Shown here: one piece after another, positions 1-13,467 of the stretch
Layout of the letters: every line of letters starts with the position of its first letter
Position numbering within the stretch: the stretch's first letter is position 1
Assembly: GCF_001186125.1 (NCBI RefSeq)
Contig: NW_014040387.1
Span: forward strand, 1-64,000
Length of the DNA: 64,000 nt
Origin: Sphaeroforma arctica JP610
Taxonomy: Eukaryota
Direction of reading: 5' to 3'
Position numbers and translations under genes: made by a program
The notes under the pieces: generated by a model
What the model was told of the DNA's origin: nothing
Database searches by the model: none
What the model saw: the letters and a program-made list of their open reading frames with translations, nothing else

Positions 1-1249
1 AGAGGAAATGGAGGTAGCCTAGCTCCTTGCAAAACGTGTGTGAAAAATGGGCCATCCACTGAGGGTTGAAGGTGGTCAATATCCACCCCCTCTTGTTTGA
101 CCGAGTTTGTGCACCACTCGTATCCACTGAGATATACAAGTGTGCGTGATGCGTGTGCGTTTGTCTGTGTAAGTATATACATGTCCGTGCCTATATGCAA
201 GCATACAGAAGTGTATGTGTATGTATGCCTGTAAACGTGCATTTCAAGTATCTATGCACATGAGCAGTCCGCGGCATCAATGCCCTATGTCTGATGATGT
301 ATGTACTTCCATATCGGCATGCGTTGATGCTTCTATCTGTCGATAACTAGAGTGACAGAGGCATGCTCAGGAATTTCTGATACATCTTACTAATCTGTCA
401 TATCCTCACCATGCCGGTCTGAATGTTAACACTACACTAATACATTTATAGGGTATGATAGAGTTTCTTCCGTTTGGGATGAATAAAGCCGTCGCTCTAC
501 AAAACGTGTGCGATATGCTGAAGGTATGTTACGCGGCTGGTGTCTAGCCAGGGTGTGATTAAAGGACTGTATGTTGTGATGTCCTTTTTTGAGCGTCGTC
601 GTGGACGGCACGGACCCATTTTCTAGCACATCCTGAAGTGGTTGATGAACGTAAGTACATAGACATACGATACCAAGCTGGATTCCACAAATACTTGCCC
701 GCATGGTTTATTAACAAATGCACGCGGATCAGTCATGTGCCAATGGGGTGCGGCCACCCCTTGTGCACTACCATCCGGTATAAGTGACCTGGCTTTCTTG
801 CCTTCCGTATCTTGCCCTTCTTCCCCATGAGTGGGTCGTTCGTATCTCATTGGAGTAGTCAGTAGCAGTGATACCCGGCTCGTATGTGCGTATGGAATTC
901 CGAGCGTTTAAATTTCGATGGTCGTACATCTCATTGGCCGTCATTTAGAGGCCCAAAGTATATCAGATTCATTTTCATGGCTTCGCCGTCTACCTACAGC
1001 CGTGGTCATATATTCCACTTTCAAACACAACTCAGATTCGGGAGGACTTCCGTTGTGCATTGGTGATCTCATCACATACGTACATACGAAAACAACTACA
1101 AGCATCTATTACAATCACGTATAGCTGTGTTAGTGAGTTTATGCTATCCACTATGAACATACATAATTATTGATATAAAATACATACATATATATACCCT
1201 ATGTATATATATATACAACATGATATATACCCTGCGTTCGGCCGCTCAG

Positions 1250-1435
1250 GTAGATATCAGCCGTGTGATGACCTTCGGAGACGGGAACAACGACAAAGAG
1301 ATGCTCAGAGCATCTGGACTGGGCTGTGCGATGGGGAACGGTCGTGTGGAAACGAAGGCGGCAGCCAATGTGACTATAGGCTCAAACGTAGAATCGGGAC
1401 AGGCCAAGTTTCTGGCGAAGCTATTTGGGATTTAA
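1250..1435 (+). CDS. Terminal exon of a Cof-type (HAD IIB) hydrolase; upstream exons not identified, probably outside the window
   Basis: CAG acceptor at 1247-1249, then VDISRVMTFGDGNNDKEMLRASGLGCAMGNG...AANVTIGSNVESGQAKFLAKLFGI*. FGDGxND and G.AMGNG are the Cof-family HAD motif IV signature. Confidence 0.85.
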   Translation, partial: VDISRVMTFGDGNNDKEMLRASGLGCAMGNGRVETKAAANVTIGSNVESGQAKFLAKLFGI

Positions 1436-2678
1436 TTCCAAAAATGTGGGCTAAAAAAATGAATTCCAATTCCGGAAATTCAAGCGGTGCCTGGATTGAA
1501 CTATAGAGCCAAATGCAGAATCGGGGCAGACCGAATTTCTTGCAAAGCAATCGGGGATTTGAGTCCGTATTTTAACAATCAATCGTAGAAAATAGAGATA
1601 AACATCGAATAAATAAAAATCAGGTTTATAATAAGGTTTCGCGCATTCCGCTCTAGAGTTGTGACAATGTGGCGATAGTGCAGAGTAGCGACAAATTGTC
1701 CATAAACTACCCTTATGTACGTAATCCCGTACACTATATAAACTGTACCCACACATAAATAACATAGATACCTATACACTCGCATACAACATAGATACGC
1801 ATGTACTTTGGTCGCTGGTGTGAAAACCGAGAACAGCCTTCAAATACATCAGTGATCTAACAGCCGCCCTTTTAGTACATACAGAATACTCCTCGGCTTC
1901 GATCTTGAAAATCAACGCATGATACGTGCACATATCGTATGTACATGTATTTATCAAGAGTAATTAAAAAATATTATATAAAGTAAAACAGTTTGGATTG
2001 GATAGTAGAGGCTTTCAAGACTGCTGTCAGCCAGCCCCATCAGAGAGCAATACACACCGTGGAGAGATCACTTGAAGAGATCAGACAGTCTCGTCCCACA
2101 GCCCCTGTTTTGTACAGCACACCAGCCTGGACCGACTTGTTATTGAGCTAACAATTAGAAGCTGCTTCATTGCTTAGAGATGACAATCCGACATACTCGA
2201 AATAAAACATACGAATACTCGGGACATGAACGTCTTGGAACAACCCAAAACAGTCTAAAACTCTATATAGTCTTGTACTAAATAGTGCTAGGAATTGTCC
2301 ACCCCCTACGGAGTCACAACCACAACTGCACTTGCATTCGAACAGCCGAAACGGCGGTGCGTCCATATTTTTATTACCTACTAGTCAGCACAAACTCTCG
2401 AGTCTCATACCTGACCCGAAGTTCTGTACTATAGTAAACGGTGGGTGTAAGTGCGGTTCAGCGCTCTTTTCTATCTATAAGTGCGGGCGACCGAGGCCCC
2501 GTGCGTGTCGTGGTGACCTACTATAAATAGAACACGTGTGCTATATATATAGACTACGACTCCAGTCTCCGAAGTTCGGCGACTGTGGACTCCCGAGCTA
2601 TGGCAAACAGAGAGGCTGGGCCCACAATGCATTCAATTTACAATCTAATTTTAAAAGTGCTCTTCGCAGACCAGAGGC

Positions 2679-5600
2679 TTAGAAGTCGGCACCCATCTGT
2701 ACGGTTGTATATATACATAGAGTAGGGAATGAGTATGGATCCTTGTATTTAGGTACGAGCGTCCCTTTGATAGGTAAGTAGGTACCGAATATTAAACGGA
2801 GAACGGGCATGCAGCAGAAAACGGCATCTACACAAACACGATGATAAACATGTACAATACCCATCATACACTCATAAGTGGACTAAACTTAAAAATTAAG
2901 CACAAAATGAGCTGGATTTTGAATATGTTGCCTTCTTTATATATCTGGCTGTCATGAATACTACAAGCATAGATACATACAACTCCCATGTACATATATA
3001 TACTAGACTACTTGGGACACACAATACACACAGGCCTATTGAAGCACATACCGAGCTGGACTTCGAAGAGTTTGCTTTCTTCTCAATCGTCTCAATCATC
3101 GCACTCGATCGGAACGACAGTCCCTTTGTAGCCTCGATGACCTGGTGGTATACGGAAGGCACTTGGCTACCCATAATAACTGTACCCATCTTGGAGTCAA
3201 TCTTCGCATCCAAGCGCGCGTTCCTGATGAGGTTTACAATCCACACCTCTGCCTCGTCCGTGGTCATGTTGAGCTTCTCGCCTAGGCTGTTGATAGATAT
3301 CACCTGGGCGAGGGCGGGGGTTGCAATATATTTAATACAAAGTGCAAATTCAAAATATTTGCATGCTTGTATAACTGTATGTACATGACATAACAAAATA
3401 CTACAATATATATATATACCCACATAAATTTATGTATGGATGCGTGCAGAATATGAATCTGTTGATAAAGATCACTTGAAGGCTAAAACGGGTGACATCT
3501 GGTAGCTGCAAGTATAGCATATGACAAATTTCTGTACAATTTTACACACTTGCCGGATTTGGACAGTTAGTCATACGAACATACCAATCCAGTGTCCACG
3601 TATATATTCGATATTAATGAGTCACCGGTTTCACTGTGCGCATTCTAGGTTATACAAAGACCTGGTAGATTAACAATCTGACATACTTGTACTAAGGCAC
3701 GAATATACCGTACAAACAGGTACCTTCTATGTCTATCGCAGTGTGTGTGTATAGAGAGTGTCCATAAAGAAAGCCACAAATAATTTAGACGAAGACTAAG
3801 CTCACTGCTTTATTTGAACAATCATCGACGTGTCTCCAGAAACACACCCGTTCTTTCCACAATGCACAAAAAATACAAGCCAAACATGAATATGTTGATA
3901 TAATTAACAATTCGTATCAAACACCAATGTACACATTCCTATAAATATATATGTATATATTATATCCACAAGATTTACCTGGTGAATACGACAGTACGTC
4001 TCGAAGATGAACATACGCGCGTTCTCAATAAACTCGTCGCGACACGCGAGCAGAAAGAAGTCGTTCTCCAGAACCGCTTCACACTCACGCAGTTTCTGCT
4101 GTGCGCCTTCGAAGTCGAAGTTGACGTACAGACACTCAAGGAACTCTGTGATAGGATCGCGGTATTGGTTGGATCCGCGCTGGATGGCCTGTCGAATATA
4201 AATATAGGTAGTGATATGTAAACATATATCCGTAGAAAAACATCGGAGGGCAAGCGCTATATATATAAGTGTGTGTATTTTATGCGTATATATATATATT
4301 CAAAGAGTTCCGCAAAATGTAATATCAATTCCAGCATACCGAGGCTACAAAAGATTGACATGTATCCTTAGCGATGACTCCTTAGCATCTATATTTCTAA
4401 TCCTTAGCGAGTGATTGTGCTTACACAACCGACAACCCGCCAGTGGGCCCATAGAGCAAGGTGTATTCGATACAGGTGAAGTATATTCAATATTAGAACC
4501 TACATGCCTTTCAGTCTGTTGCTGACTAATTAACCAACCAGACTACTTACTACAATGTTTTAGACCCTAAACTCTTACTATGATGTATTCCACACCACAA
4601 CCTTCCGGTCCAACAACCCAAATCACCCAACCCGACAATAAGTAGAAATCAAACCCTCACACCACATATCCCAATCCAATTGCGATGAACACACACACAC
4701 ACCTTTACAAGCTCCTTGACGACATAGTTCCGTCTCGTGTTGCAGATGACTGCGGCGGTCAGGTATCGCAGAATGTGTGGGCAAGTGGTCTGGATGGTGT
4801 TGATATACTGAGGCTGGAAGAACATCTCGATGATGCCATCACGTCCCTTCTCGTGGTTGAAGAACACGAACAGACTCCAGTGCAACAACCACGTGCGCTG
4901 CTGCAGTTGCTCGAGAGCCGACCCTGCAAGACGGTGGTGGTCATTGCCGAATTAAAAGTCGTGTTTATGTAGGTGACATGTGTGGTATTGTAATACAGCG
5001 ACCATGAGTATTTATCTATGACGCTCTTCCAGACCTATAGGGTCGTTCGATGCGGTGCAAGTGATGGGACTTCACTACGATGTGCAGACATGCGCAATCA
5101 CTGCTATTCCTAATATATACGGCCCTTTGAGTATGTTTATACGGGTATTTTACCATCTATAGGTCTCACCCAGTGATCACATGGCTTGTTTGGCTTCGAT
5201 TATATATGTGAACGAGGTCAACTTTCCCCCTTCTACTTACATATACATATGTTACACAAATACAAAGATATATATAATGATGTCGGACGAACACAACATA
5301 CCACTCTTATTCTCGTCTAATGACTCCTTGAGCCTGTTTAGGTCTTCCATTGCGGTGTCCCAGTTGTGCATGAGAATCTCTGAGGCGAATTTGCCCCATA
5401 GTGCGCCGTGACACTTATCCGCGTCCAAAGACTGTTATTGAATTGTAAAAAACCGAGAATATATATAAACTGAAGTATATTTATATATATGCATGTAACG
5501 CACACACACGCGCAAGCATACACAGCCACGCGTGTCATATATACAAATGTTAAGTTTAAATATGGAAAGCGCATTTATTTATCACTTTATATCATCGCCA

Positions 5601-7685
5601 AGTGTAAGGAAGTGGAGAAACCATGATCCCCCCACGGGGTAATCATAGTTCCCCTTTTAAAATAGTGTGGCGTAGACGTACCGCTACATTATTCACAGTA
5701 AGTTTCTTCTCGCTGAATTTACCAAAACAACTACTCGGGAGGAGAGGATTTTGACATCACGTGCGTAGCGTTACACATACAGGCACATAAATAGAGATTA
5801 GTGCGTATGCGAGGTATTTAATTTTAACGCATACACATGATACGAGAATAGACCACCTCAACACACAGGGTGTCTACAGCTACTATGAAGTAACATAAAA
5901 ACTTTGGTGTGGAAGTATAATACGCTCCGACTATCTACATACTTTTAGCGTTGTGCATCAGATAATTTTTGAAACTACAATCCATCCACCAAATTGAGAT
6001 CGAATCACAAATCAAATAGTCAAAACGGGACAAACAAACAAGCGAAATGCCCATAAATTGCTACCGCGACATATTTAGGTCCTTAATTTCAAACGGAGTA
6101 CCAAAATTGAAAATTTGGTATATATTGCTTATAAGCTCCTACGCATCTATACACTACAAAACATATACACGAAGGCCTTTTACAGGCACAAGCGAGCCAC
6201 ACAGCTAACAACTCCCATCGAATACATGCGAGAGAAACGTATCATTCGGATACGGAATCAGAATCAGTTTACAAGTAGAGTATACGGAATCAGAATCAGC
6301 CTACAAGTAGATATGTATAGGGAATCAGAATCAGCCTACAAATAGATATGTATAGGGCAAAAGAATCAGCCTACGAATAGATATGTCTGCAGCAATACGG
6401 GCTGGTAATCCACACACGTCAAGCACACGTAAGAGTTGCGTTCTAAACATATTAATCATTCCAACAACTGGCAGCCACACGTGTTATAATGTACTTGTGG
6501 CATGTTCCCGTCTTCAAATCGTCATACAGTGCAAGAGTATATATCCAGTATATATAAGAAACAACAACTTCACCGCGTGCACTTGCACTGATGCGTCCAA
6601 CAGATAAGTAGTCCTCGAGGTTTATGTAGCAAGCGGTCAACAGAGTAGGGCACGCGCTCGGGTTGAAGTACCATCATATATACGAACACGAGGTGTCCAG
6701 AAAGCAAGACATACACGCAGGTCAAAATATGCACTGGACGCACCTTTCAGACACGCTGCCAGTATCACGCCAGAATAGTTAAATATACTGCTGCCCATAT
6801 ATATATATTTATATATGTGTATGTATACACTTATAAGTATGTGTGTTGTATGTGGGTATACTATGAATTCACTAAAGACCCAAGCAAGCGCGTACGTTCT
6901 AATCAAGTTCTGATTAGTAACCAACATACAATAACTAGTTTAAGACTATGTGGCTTAAAAATCAAGCACCCATTCACAAGAAATTACAGATACGTATACA
7001 AGTCGACACATGACGGACGTAGCTATAACAAACATTCATTCCCGATAAAGGTAAAGTATGGACGGGTTTGATTATATATATGTATATATATATAGGTAAG
7101 TAACTGTGTGTGTGTATGATATATATATATATGTATACGCGTGTACCTATATTGATCGACGCGATAACATCCCTGTTAGATATACATATACCAACAAACT
7201 CCACATACCAATACACGGAAGTTGGTTAGGTACTCTGCCGTAACCGAGTAATTTCCAATATCAAACTGGAACTTGGCGAACTCGTACAGCTTATCCAGAC
7301 ACGCCATATCGACTTTGACGGTATTTGTCAGGTACTCCTGGTTAAAACGTTTGTCCTGTCTCAGCTCCTGGAGCACCCAGTCTTGCTCCAAGGCCTGTGT
7401 GAGAGGCGCTGTACTTTGCTGTAGCTCAGCCAACTTAGTAAGTACTTGTTCTCTGCGTTCAGAGAATGACTCGGGTGCGGCATCGCCTTCATTTAAACCG
7501 TGCAATCCCTTGTATATGTCGGCTGCGTAATCCACCATGCAAGTCTTTTCAAGTAAGTCTAGCTTGACAGTAAGGATTTCTTCAGCAGGATATAACTCCT
7601 TCAGAACTAAGAACTTAAGCAAGGGAAACACCATGTGCCGATCGAGATACTCGGCGATAGTGGAGGTCAGATCATACTTCGCCAT
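2679..7685 (-). CDS. EIF3E: Eukaryotic translation initiation factor 3 subunit E (Int6), 6 exons, ~435 aa
   Basis: Exons 7685-7209, 5431-5302, 4923-4703, 4188-3979, 3303-3052 and 2696-2679, all GT-AG with consistent phases (1308 nt). Hallmarks: [81 protein letters not shown]. The 18-nt last exon (MGADF*) is the least certain. Confidence 0.96.
6250..6390. repeat. Degenerate ~32-35 bp tandem repeat in eIF3e intron 1
   Basis: About 4 copies of ggaatcagaatcagcctacaagtagatatgtatag. Confidence 0.75.
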
Positions 7686-8540
7686 GATGGCAGTGAAACG
7701 TGTATATGTACACGTACACGTGGCTAAGTGCGGGTGTGCGTGTGTGTGTGTGTGTAAGTTAGTCCTCTCAGACTATCCTTGCCGTATATGCTTACACAGA
7801 TACTAACACAGACCTATACAAGATTGTATATCGGATAGTATATAGCTTAGCTTATAACCTTGGAATATACTGTAGATACCCAGAATATCGGTAATCACAA
7901 TTCAGCAATACTCTCGCAGCACAATACATCTCTTGTCATATTCCCACAGTCAACCATGCGGGTTGTTCTGCGAGCCCAATGGGCCAATCCAATCCAACTC
8001 ATTCCGTGGTCGAAATTATTTCCAGAAAAAATAAACAAACCAGATCAGGTCATGTGCAGGCTACGAGCTGGAGCCAGTCACGCAATGAGATGGATCTAAA
8101 CCGGGATCAGCTGGTATGAATTTCAAACAACATGTCGTAAACCTTTTTCCTATGAGAAACTATAGAGAGAGGAAGTGGAAATAGTTTAGTTTAGGGTATT
8201 TGAAATACGAAACATCTTGTTTCAATTCAATTTTCTATATCGTACTGCTGGTATGTACTGTACTCTGGAGAAGGCGGCAAAATCGACATTGAGTATTTTT
8301 TTTTGATAATTTTTTACTCAAAATATACGTGACACTTTTTTATAAATAAATATGTGTATAAATATAATACATAGTTACATACATTTTTAACATATGTATA
8401 TGTGCGTGTTGATATATACAAATATATAATATACATACATATATATATATATAATATACTCTTCTTGTTTGCATTTGCACTTATAAAGGATTGTCCCGTT
8501 GTTGGAAGATAGAACATCCACACAATAATCTTATACCAAT

Positions 8541-8884
8541 ATGGCTGGGCGAGCAGAGAAAGAACAAGAACTTCTGGCAAAGTTCAACATTATGCGCCAA
8601 GAACAACAATCAATTGCAAATAAAATATCTGATTTAGAGATACAACGCTCGGAACACGAACTGGTCGTCAAAACGCTGAAAAGTAAGCTTCGGATAGTAT
8701 TTTTGTATACATGGAGATCGTTCGCTTTAGTCATCGATTCGCGAACCTATATATATATATATATATATGTGTATCTATATCTATTACTAAAACTATATGT
8801 ATGTGTACATGTAAATGAATGATATATATACATGGGTGTGTGTATGTGTGTATGTATGTGTGTGTGATGTATATATATATATGC

Positions 8885-8915
<31 letters not shown>

Positions 8916-9045
8916 NNNNNNNNNNNNNNNNNNNNTTTATGTATTGTGTGTGTGTGCGTTTAAGTTTGTGTGAGTTTGTATTTGTGGTGTGTCTGTATGT
9001 GATCTGTATTTGAGTTTTTTAAAGTGTATGTATGTCCGAATATGT

Positions 9046-9077
<32 letters not shown>

Positions 9078-9110
9078 ATATATATATGTGTGTGTTTGTC
9101 TGTTGTTTGT

Positions 9111-9166
<56 letters not shown>

Positions 9167-9481
9167 TCATATATATATATATATGTATATACGTATATAT
9201 TCATATATATATATAGATGCGTATGTGTGCATTTGGTATTTTGTTTTTGGTGTGTCGGTATGTGATGTGTGTGTTTGTGTGTTTGGCTTTGGTTTTGATT
9301 TTTTGGTGTCTGTGTGCGAATGTATATGTTTATCTGTGCGTAAATGTTTTTTTCTACATTTGATGTGGTTGTCAACATACACACAAAAGATATATATATA
9401 TATATATATATGTGTGTGTACGCTTAATCTTCATATCTGTTCATATGTATGTTGATGTATACGTATGTATGAATATATATG

Positions 9482-9515
<34 letters not shown>

Positions 9516-11617
9516 ACCTATACATATATATATATATATTTATATATATATAATATGTCTGTCGGCGTCTGTGTTAGTGTCGATGTCTTTATGCCTCTGT
9601 GTGTGTGTCTGTATATATATATATATATATATCCATTTGTTTTTTGTTTTTGTATGTGTGCGCTTATCTCGAGCTTTATAGCAAAGCCATCATTGCAGCA
9701 CGGGTATAAAAGCACGTACCTATCACAACTATTATTCTGTCATGTGCATCCTTTGCGTATGCGTTATTAATCGTAAATCAAAATATACGATACTTATGTT
9801 CATATATCACAGCTGATGAAGAAAAAGAAAAGAAAGCAATATTGAACTAGGCTTGTTTTTCTTCTTCTTATTATTATGCTATATATCACTTCACACCTGT
9901 GGCAGCCTCGTCTTATACTTCCACGCCAAATAGCTGCACCCGTATTGTTACTGATGGCTCTATACATGTGCTCCTTCCCTAAACCCTAAACCCTCCCCCA
10001 CTTTTGCCGCATGCTCCACTCGTCATGTAGCTGTGCCTGGTGATCGCAAGTGCTATCGAATGGTGGGCGAAGTACTGACTGAGAGGACGGTCGTTGAGGT
10101 ACTGCCGGCCGTGGAAACCAATTGCGCCGGTATTAAGAAGGTAAACCAAGCGTACATTCGTATAACATATTCGTATAACATATTCGTATATATTGATATA
10201 TATATATATATATATATGTGTGTGTATGTGTGTGTGTTGTGTATTGGATGAATGGCTTTCCTGAATTATATATTTCATCTATTGAAAAATTATTATTCCG
10301 TTATTTATATATATATTTTTATATATGTGAGTGTGTGTGAGTGTGTGTGTGTTGTGTATTGGATGAATGGCTTTCCTGAATTATATATTTCATTTATTGA
10401 AAAATTATTATTCCGTGATATATATATATAAATTTATGTCGGAATTCTACTTATATCTTTTAAGGAGTGTACAGGCTTGCAAGTAGAATATATATATATA
10501 TATATATATGAGTGTGTGTGTGTATCCTACCTCACACAGATGTGGTTAGACCATCCATATATAAGTGCAATACCACAGCCACATTACTTGCTTGCTCAAA
10601 TAGGTATATATACACATGCATCCAGTCGAGCCTGCACACCAACGCAACTATCGATGCAATTACACCTATACTTGTATAATATAGTGCCCGCCAACACGTC
10701 TACGTTCATATACTCGTATTCCGACTAATCCCTATAAAGCTACACTCGCGTACATACACATCACATCAAATGCCTCTCTTCACATTCTCATGTACATCGT
10801 GGAAAGAACTATGCGCATACCTGTACTCGGCAGACATTTTTATTTAAATACACCCACACACATTTCAACACGCTTCATGCAGGCAGACATATGCATTTAA
10901 ATACACCCACATACATTTCAATACGCTTCATGCAGGCAGCCATATGCATTTAAATACACCCACATACATTTCGAATACGCTTCATGCAGGCAGCCATATG
11001 TATTTAAATACACCCACATACATTTCAACACGCTTCATACAAGCAGACTTATGCTTTTAAATACACCCACATACATTTCAACACGCTTCATGCAAGCAGA
11101 CATATACTTTTAAATACACCCACATACATTTCAGCACGCTTCACGGAGGCAGACATATACTTTTAAATACACCTACATACTTTTCAGTGCACTTATGTAG
11201 GATTCAAGGGCGTATCGTCCACACATGCGTATGCCTATGCTGTGTGTCCTGGGTGGCAATCGGCTCATGCGACTACCATTGTATGCTCTGAGTACTATAG
11301 CTTAGTACTACACTGTGTAGATAAATATTAACTTTCTTGTATGTGTCGTGCATGTAAGATCATTCTAGGACCATATGTTATTCTCAAACTCAACCCTGTG
11401 CATAGTCAAGTATTGGCCTGGTAGCTCACTGGCCTGCCCCACTGGCCTACTAAATCTCGCACTGGTGCAACTATTACAGGTGATGGACACCCTACAACAA
11501 CAAATAGTGGACAAGGGTAAAGAGATCAACACGTTCAAGACCAAACACAACATACAAACCAAAGAAGAAGCGAGCAGGTTAGAAAAGGCCCAACAGGCCA
11601 GTAGGCAATCGAAATAA
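8541..11617 (+). CDS. PFDN2: Prefoldin subunit 2 (beta type), 3 exons, ~129 aa
   Basis: Exons 8541-8682, 10031-10140 and 11480-11617 join in frame (390 nt). [22 protein letters not shown] and [24 protein letters not shown] match the prefoldin-2 signature (RKCxRxxGGVLVERTV). Confidence 0.93.
10225..10415. repeat. Direct repeat of ~70 bp in prefoldin intron 2
   Basis: gtgtgtgttgtgtattggatgaatggctttcctgaattatatatttcat(c/t)tattgaaaaattattattccg occurs twice, about 117 bp apart. Confidence 0.85.
10831..11195. repeat. 53-bp minisatellite, ~7 copies, in prefoldin intron 2
   Basis: Unit cagacatatgcatttaaatacacccacatacatttcaacacgcttcatgcagg, starting at 10831, 10884, 10937, 10991, 11044, 11097 and 11150. 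Confidence 0.92.
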
Positions 11618-12004
11618 ACATCTTGTGAAGTACATGGGTTGAGAACCGATTCTGCTGTATGCGTGTGGTGTTAGATAACGCACACTTGCACTTCATACTC
11701 TTTACATCAGGTTATGTAGACGTTTCAACTGGGCAATCAAGATGGCATTGATAAAGTTTGTATCATGAGTGGTACTTATGAGGTTTAAGATTGTGACGAC
11801 TATTTTATGTAGTGGTTCCTTCTTTGCTCTCAAGTTGTGACATTGATGAAGTTCGTAGCATAAGTGGTGTTTTGAATAGGGTATGTAGAACTACCTGCTT
11901 CGGTTTATAAGAAAAATCATACTACATCTCGCGAAGAACCAAAACTGCACTTTATTAGGAGTGAAAGTAGACGGGGGGGGAAACATTCTAACTATATGTA
12001 TAAA

Positions 12005-12039
<35 letters not shown>

Positions 12040-12042
12040 TAT

Positions 12043-12073
<31 letters not shown>

Positions 12074-13085
12074 TATATATATATATATATTATATATATA
12101 TATATATTTAATTTTTATTGATATATTGATATATATCAGTGTAACATCGAGAAAAACCATTGACAGAAAAAAATAGTTAACGAAGGCATTGTGAAATCTT
12201 TCTGGTAAGAATATACAGGTGGTGTCTACTGAACTCTCTAGGTATGATAAACAGGAAGTCTGTACGCACACAACAGAAATGAGAATCTATCAGATCAAAT
12301 AGCTGCAAAAATAAGTTCACGATATTGGTTCGTTGGTTACATGCCAGTGCTCTCTATTTATTTCTAGTATTCCGTCCTCCTATTCTAAGGCCCACATCAC
12401 CTCTGGGATTGATTCAAATCATCACTGGGATTAGTTTATTCAAATAAAACATGCATAGATGCATAGATACATAGATACATACATATATAGATACATAGAT
12501 ACATGTATGCATACATTAATTNNNNNNNNNNNNNNNNNNNNGATATATATGCTATTCTTTATTTCTAGCTTAGTTACAAATCGTCACAGGGAGTAGCACC
12601 ATGGTCACAGGAATGGTCCCTAGTTTTGTTTCCTGGTTGCGTTACGCTCTACCGTTTAACTCCTCGGCCTATCCAATACTCGCATCCTGTGATACTATAC
12701 TATCACAGGCTAAACCACAACACGTTGCCATTATAGCATACTACCTGGGTATTATGTTTCTATTTTCTTCCCCATCAATCCATAACCCATAATATTACCA
12801 GCGAAAGGCTCCACCCGAGATAGTTTTGGTTCCGGTTATGTGGGTATCTTGGGTTCTGCCTATGCAAGGATAGCCTCAAACACATCGCAACTGCGCACTG
12901 GACTGCACTCCGCCTGTCTCAGTCAGAACCCAAGATTGGATAAAGAATGAGGTTTGTGTCTATGTATATTATTATCTTGTGTATTATTTTATGTTTTATG
13001 TGTTATATATACTTGCGTATTATGTTATGTATTAAATTATATGTTTTGTATGTATTATATCTACTCGCGCAGACGATAGCACATA

Positions 13086-13467
13086 CCATGGTCATTGTCG
13101 CATATTATGTTATCTTTATTCCTATACTTCACCTCCCCCTACTAATTCATAGCCCACATCAACACCGGGAACAGTTCCATTGTCATTGTCGCATACTATG
13201 TGATCTTTATTCCTATACTTCACCTCCCCCTACTAATTCGTAGCCCACATCATCACCGGGAACAGTTCCATGATCGTTGTCGCATACTATGTGAACTTTA
13301 TTCCTATACTTCACCTCCCCCTACTAATTCATAGCCTACATCATCACCGGGAACAGTTCCTTGACAGCACGTGCCATGGTCATTGTCGCATACTATGTGA
13401 TCTTTATTCCTATACTTCACCTCCCCCTACTAATTCATAGCCCACATCATCACCGGGAACAGTTCCT
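13086..13467. repeat. 91-bp tandem repeat (4 copies) containing the NTMT1 C-terminal codons, stop codon and proximal 3' UTR
   Basis: Units start at 13086, 13177, 13268 and 13374. Each contains ctaattcatagcccacatcatcaccgggaacagttcc, the reverse complement of [11 protein letters not shown]. Confidence 0.92.

Noticed and set aside
432..850. Possible decayed retroelement integrase fragment on the minus strand
   Set aside because: Only a vague resemblance (VLTFINHF, PHW); no catalytic motif can be assigned without a search.
8819..9770. [10 protein letters not shown] ORFs (also ~15.4-16.7, 21.1-21.5 and 48.3-48.8 kb)
   Set aside because: They are translations of intronic (AT)n/(GT)n microsatellites.
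9977..9994. Telomere-like ccctaaa repeats (also ~39208-39248 and ~40310)
   Set aside because: Only about two copies each. The 9977 instance sits where an intron branch point (ctaaac) is expected.
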